64,000 bases of DNA, from contig JAPLQF010000006.1 of NCBI GenBank assembly GCA_026399875.1, positions 9,549 through 73,548 of the forward strand, written 5' to 3'. The stretch comes from Burkholderiales bacterium (GTDB lineage Bacteria > Pseudomonadota > Gammaproteobacteria > Burkholderiales > Burkholderiaceae_E). Numbering within the stretch: the stretch's first letter is position 1; the number at the start of each line of letters is the position of its first letter. Position numbers and translations under genes: made by a program. The notes beneath the pieces were generated by a model. That model worked only from the letters and a program-made list of their open reading frames with translations. It was not told where the DNA came from and did not search any database. Below are positions 61,245 through 64,000 of the stretch, piece by piece.

Positions 61245-62351
61245 TCAGCGCGTCAGCAGCAACCCGATCGCCTCGATCACCCGATCGGCTTCATCGGGCT
61301 TCAGATGCGGCCCGATCGGCAGGCTGAACACCTCGCGGTGCAGCTGCTCGCTGATCGGCAGCGACAGACTCGCCATCGATGCAAACGCGCCCTGCCGATG
61401 TGGCGGGGTCGGATAATGAATCAGCGTACTGATACCGGCATCGGCAAGGCGTTCGCGCAAGGCATCACGCTCGGGATGCCTTGCGACGAACAGATGCCAG
61501 ACCGGCTCGGCCCAGGGCGGGACCTGCGGCAATGCCAGCCCCGAATCGGCCAGCCCATCGCGATAACGGGCCGCAATCATCGATCGGCGTGCATTCCACT
61601 CATCGAGATGCGCGAGCTTGACTGACAGCACCGCAGCCTGAATCGGATCGAGCCGGGAATTCATACCGGCCATTTCATGCACATAACGCGTGCTCGAGCC
61701 GTAATTGCGCAATTTGCGCAGTCGATCGGCAAGTTGTGCATCGTCGGTGGTGATGGCACCGCCATCACCGATCGCCCCAAGATTCTTGCCGGGATAAAAA
61801 CTCCATGCCACCGCATCGCCATGGGCGCCGATGCGACCGCCCCGATAGCGCGCACCATGGGCCTGCGCGGCATCCTCGATCACCCGCAGACCATGGCGAC
61901 GAGCGATCGCCAGGATCGGATCGAGGTCGGCCGGCTGGCCATAGAGATGAACCGGCATGATCGCGCGAGTGTGCGACGTGATCGCCGCCTCGATGCGCGT
62001 TGCATCGAGGTTGCAGGTCGAGGCATCAGGCTCGACAGGCACCACCACCGCACCCACCTGAGCCACCGCGAGCCAGGTCGCAATGAAGGTGTTCGACGGC
62101 ACGATCACCTCGTCGCCCGCGCCGATCTCGAGGGCCATCAGCGCAAGGCGCAGTGCATCCAGACCATTGCCCACGCCGACGGCCTGCCTCGCTTCACAAA
62201 ACGCGGCCCAGTCGGTCTCGAAGCGCTCGACCTCCTCGCCGCCGATGTAGCAGCCCGACTGCAGCACCCGCGCGATTGCGGCATCGATCTCAGGGCGCAA
62301 CTCGGTACAGGCTGCCAGCACATCCAGGAAGGCGATCGGCGAGTTCATCAT
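61245..62351 (-). CDS. DegT/DnrJ/EryC1-family PLP sugar aminotransferase (FdtB/QdtB-like)
   Basis: IAFLDV..LRPEIDAAIARVLQSGCYIGGEEVERFE, FYPGKNLGAIGDGGAI and HYPTPPHRQ. Start taken at MMNSPIAF. Confidence 0.85.
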   Translation of the reverse strand: MMNSPIAFLDVLAACTELRPEIDAAIARVLQSGCYIGGEEVERFETDWAAFCEARQAVGVGNGLDALRLALMALEIGAGDEVIVPSNTFIATWLAVAQVGAVVVPVEPDASTCNLDATRIEAAITSHTRAIMPVHLYGQPADLDPILAIARRHGLRVIEDAAQAHGARYRGGRIGAHGDAVAWSFYPGKNLGAIGDGGAITTDDAQLADRLRKLRNYGSSTRYVHEMAGMNSRLDPIQAAVLSVKLAHLDEWNARRSMIAARYRDGLADSGLALPQVPPWAEPVWHLFVARHPERDALRERLADAGISTLIHYPTPPHRQGAFASMASLSLPISEQLHREVFSLPIGPHLKPDEADRVIEAIGLLLTR

Positions 62352-62359
62352 TGAGCCCT

Positions 62360-62480
62360 TCAGTGAACCTGTCAGTGAACCTTTCAGTGAACCTTTGATT
62401 GCGCCTTTCAGTACGAGGTCAGTGCGCCTGTGTGCGCCTGTCAGTGCGAGGTCGAGGTCAGTGCGCCTGTGTGCGTGCAA
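62360..62480. repeat. degenerate tandem array with about 12-nt period (TCAGTGAACCTN x3, then TCAGTGCGCCTG / TGTGCGCCTG / TCAGTGCGAGG variants)
   Basis: Direct reading. Fills the whole 132-nt gap between the FdtA-like stop and the aminotransferase start. Confidence 0.9.
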
Positions 62481-62483
62481 GCA

Positions 62484-62906
62484 TCACTGCATCCGTGCCT
62501 GCGCCCGTGCGTAGGCACAGAACTGGTCGTAGTCGCGCAGGTAATCCTGCTCGTCGTAGAGCTCGGAAGCGAGCACCACACACACCGCGCCACCCGAAAA
62601 ACCATTGAGTTCGCGCCACATGCCCGGCGCGATATACAGGCCGCGATCGGGCCGATCGAGACGGATCAGGCGGCGCGCAAAACCATCGTCGATGGAGATA
62701 TCGAAGCTGCCCGAGATCGCGACCACCAGCTGCTGCAGCCGCTTGTGGCCATGAGCCGCCCGCACCTGGCCGGCGGGTATGTCGTAGAGGTAATAAACAC
62801 GCCGGATCTCGAAGGGAATCTGGTGCGTCGACTCGACCACGCTCAGACTGCCGCGCTCGTCGGCATAACGGGGGATTTCAAGCAGTCGGCAGTCCTGAAT
62901 CGACAT
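62484..62906 (-). CDS. WxcM/FdtA-like cupin (dTDP-4-dehydro-6-deoxyglucose 3,4-ketoisomerase-like)
   Basis: YADERGSLSVVE..IPFEIRRVYYLYDIP..VRAAHGHKRLQQLVVAISGSFDI. Start taken at MSIQDCRL. Confidence 0.75.
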   Translation of the reverse strand: MSIQDCRLLEIPRYADERGSLSVVESTHQIPFEIRRVYYLYDIPAGQVRAAHGHKRLQQLVVAISGSFDISIDDGFARRLIRLDRPDRGLYIAPGMWRELNGFSGGAVCVVLASELYDEQDYLRDYDQFCAYARAQARMQ

Positions 62907-63903
62907 GGCTTCCTCCGACCAGAGAGGGCTCGGCGCTTGCCAGTGCCAGTGCACGGCATCGAACCGGGTCAGCGGGATCGTCAGAGAACTTGCGAGCAAA
63001 AAACCGGCCCGTATGGCGCAGCGCATCGACGTCCTGCGACTCGATCCGCCGGGGATGCCCGTTCATGTCAAAGGGGCTGATGGTGTGATTCGAGGCGCCG
63101 ACCCGAAACGGCGAGTTCGCCAGCAGTGTCGGGAACAGCGTCTCATCGACCACATGCAGGCGGCTGAAATAGCTGCGTACCGCGGGATCGCGTCCGAGCT
63201 TGACCAGGTATTCACAGACCGGTCGTCTCGCGCCGAACCAGATGCTGCCGATCATCGGGCGCAGCGCCGAGCCGAAGGGATGCTCGGCGATCTGCCCGTC
63301 GACCACCATGCGAGTAAAGGCCAGTGCCGTGCGCGGCGCGATCGATTCGAACACCGACTGATGGGCGAGGCCCCGACGCAGGATCGACAACGACATCATC
63401 TGCACCAGATCAGCCTGATCGCCGAAGTACCAGCCGCGAGCCCGACGCATCATCCGGAAACGAAGCGTGCCGTCGCGGATATAGGTGCGATAGCCGAAAG
63501 TCATCAGCACGTCGTCATCGGCGTCGACCGGCATCACATCGGCCTGGATCTCGCAACTTGTACCGGCAATATGCGCGGCGAAATCGGCGATCGGGCGGAT
63601 CGGCAGGCAGGTCGGACTGAGCAGCTGGAAGTAGTCGAAATCGTGATGGTCGAGCGCGTACTCGAGCGTATGAAAAATCGCATCGGCAAATCCCCAGGTA
63701 CCCCAGCCGGTCTGCTTCGGATCGGGAACGAGCTGAACATGATCGCGCACGATCGAGAAGTCACGCCGCTTGGTGAAGTCGTGATGGATCACCACCGGAC
63801 AGGGGGCCAGTGCATCGACCAGCTGGCTGACCGTGGTGTCGGGCTGCTGCGAGGACATCAGTCCAAAGACGATACGGGGCGGCTGAGGACGGTGCAGTGG
63901 CAC
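62878..63903 (-). CDS. glycosyltransferase, GT14 (core-2/I-branching)-like
   Basis: VPDPKQTGWGTWGFADAIFHTLEYALDHHDFDYFQLLSPTCLPIR resembles the Branch domain pattern. GTG start. The 3' end overlaps the FdtA-like start by 29 nt. Confidence 0.5.
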   Translation of the reverse strand: MPLHRPQPPRIVFGLMSSQQPDTTVSQLVDALAPCPVVIHHDFTKRRDFSIVRDHVQLVPDPKQTGWGTWGFADAIFHTLEYALDHHDFDYFQLLSPTCLPIRPIADFAAHIAGTSCEIQADVMPVDADDDVLMTFGYRTYIRDGTLRFRMMRRARGWYFGDQADLVQMMSLSILRRGLAHQSVFESIAPRTALAFTRMVVDGQIAEHPFGSALRPMIGSIWFGARRPVCEYLVKLGRDPAVRSYFSRLHVVDETLFPTLLANSPFRVGASNHTISPFDMNGHPRRIESQDVDALRHTGRFFARKFSDDPADPVRCRALALASAEPSLVGGSHVDSGLPTA

Positions 63904-64000
63904 GACCCCCTGTACTCGTGGCGGGGTTGCCGGTGCAGGATGCCCCGGGTGAGTGGTCAGGCCCGCTGGCGCGATTTCGTGGACCGGCCTGCCGCGTGCG

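Noticed and set aside
62360-62480. Possible CRISPR array
   Set aside because: The period is only about 12 nt with no unique spacers between units, and no cas genes are present. It is a simple degenerate tandem repeat.

Overview
GC-rich chromosomal segment whose gene order looks betaproteobacterial (Burkholderiales/Rhodocyclales-like). That placement is an inference from synteny, not a search result. I found no rRNA, tRNA, CRISPR array, transposase or integrase by eye.

Layout:
- 1-10.5 kb: a TetR-associated acyl-CoA/CoA-transferase catabolic cluster that includes a GrdB-like Cys protein.
- 10.5-21.7 kb: housekeeping genes. These are divergent ppk/ppx, then ferredoxin-coaD-rsmD and two M16 peptidases divergent from ftsY, then a thioesterase and an OYE reductase.
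- 21.8-25.5 kb: an MFS transporter and two translationally coupled EAL-HDOD paralogs.
- 25.7 kb to the window end: a large, mosaic Wzx/Wzy-type exopolysaccharide locus with PEP-CTERM-system flavour. It holds a Wza-like exporter plus a beta-barrel OMP, ugd and a UDP-GlcA epimerase, the priming transferase, rmlBACD, separate Wzz-like and BY-kinase-like proteins, Wzy, Wzx, several glycosyltransferases, and FdtA/FdtB-like amino-sugar genes. rpoH and the heme-A/cytochrome oxidase assembly genes (SCO, ctaB, ctaA, a SCO-like protein, then SURF1 and DUF2909) are interleaved with it.

Most interesting observations:
1. The BY-kinase-like ATPase has an N-terminal tandem 24-residue MshEN-type c-di-GMP-binding motif and no C-terminal tyrosine cluster.
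2. The two EAL-HDOD proteins next to the EPS export genes appear to lack the DDFGTG metal site.
3. About 23 kb of glycan genes sits between SURF1 and the rest of the normally contiguous cox-assembly operon.
4. A tandem pair of uncharacterised paralogous lipoproteins shares a WCCG motif.

All calls come from reading the translated ORFs and the DNA. No database search was run.
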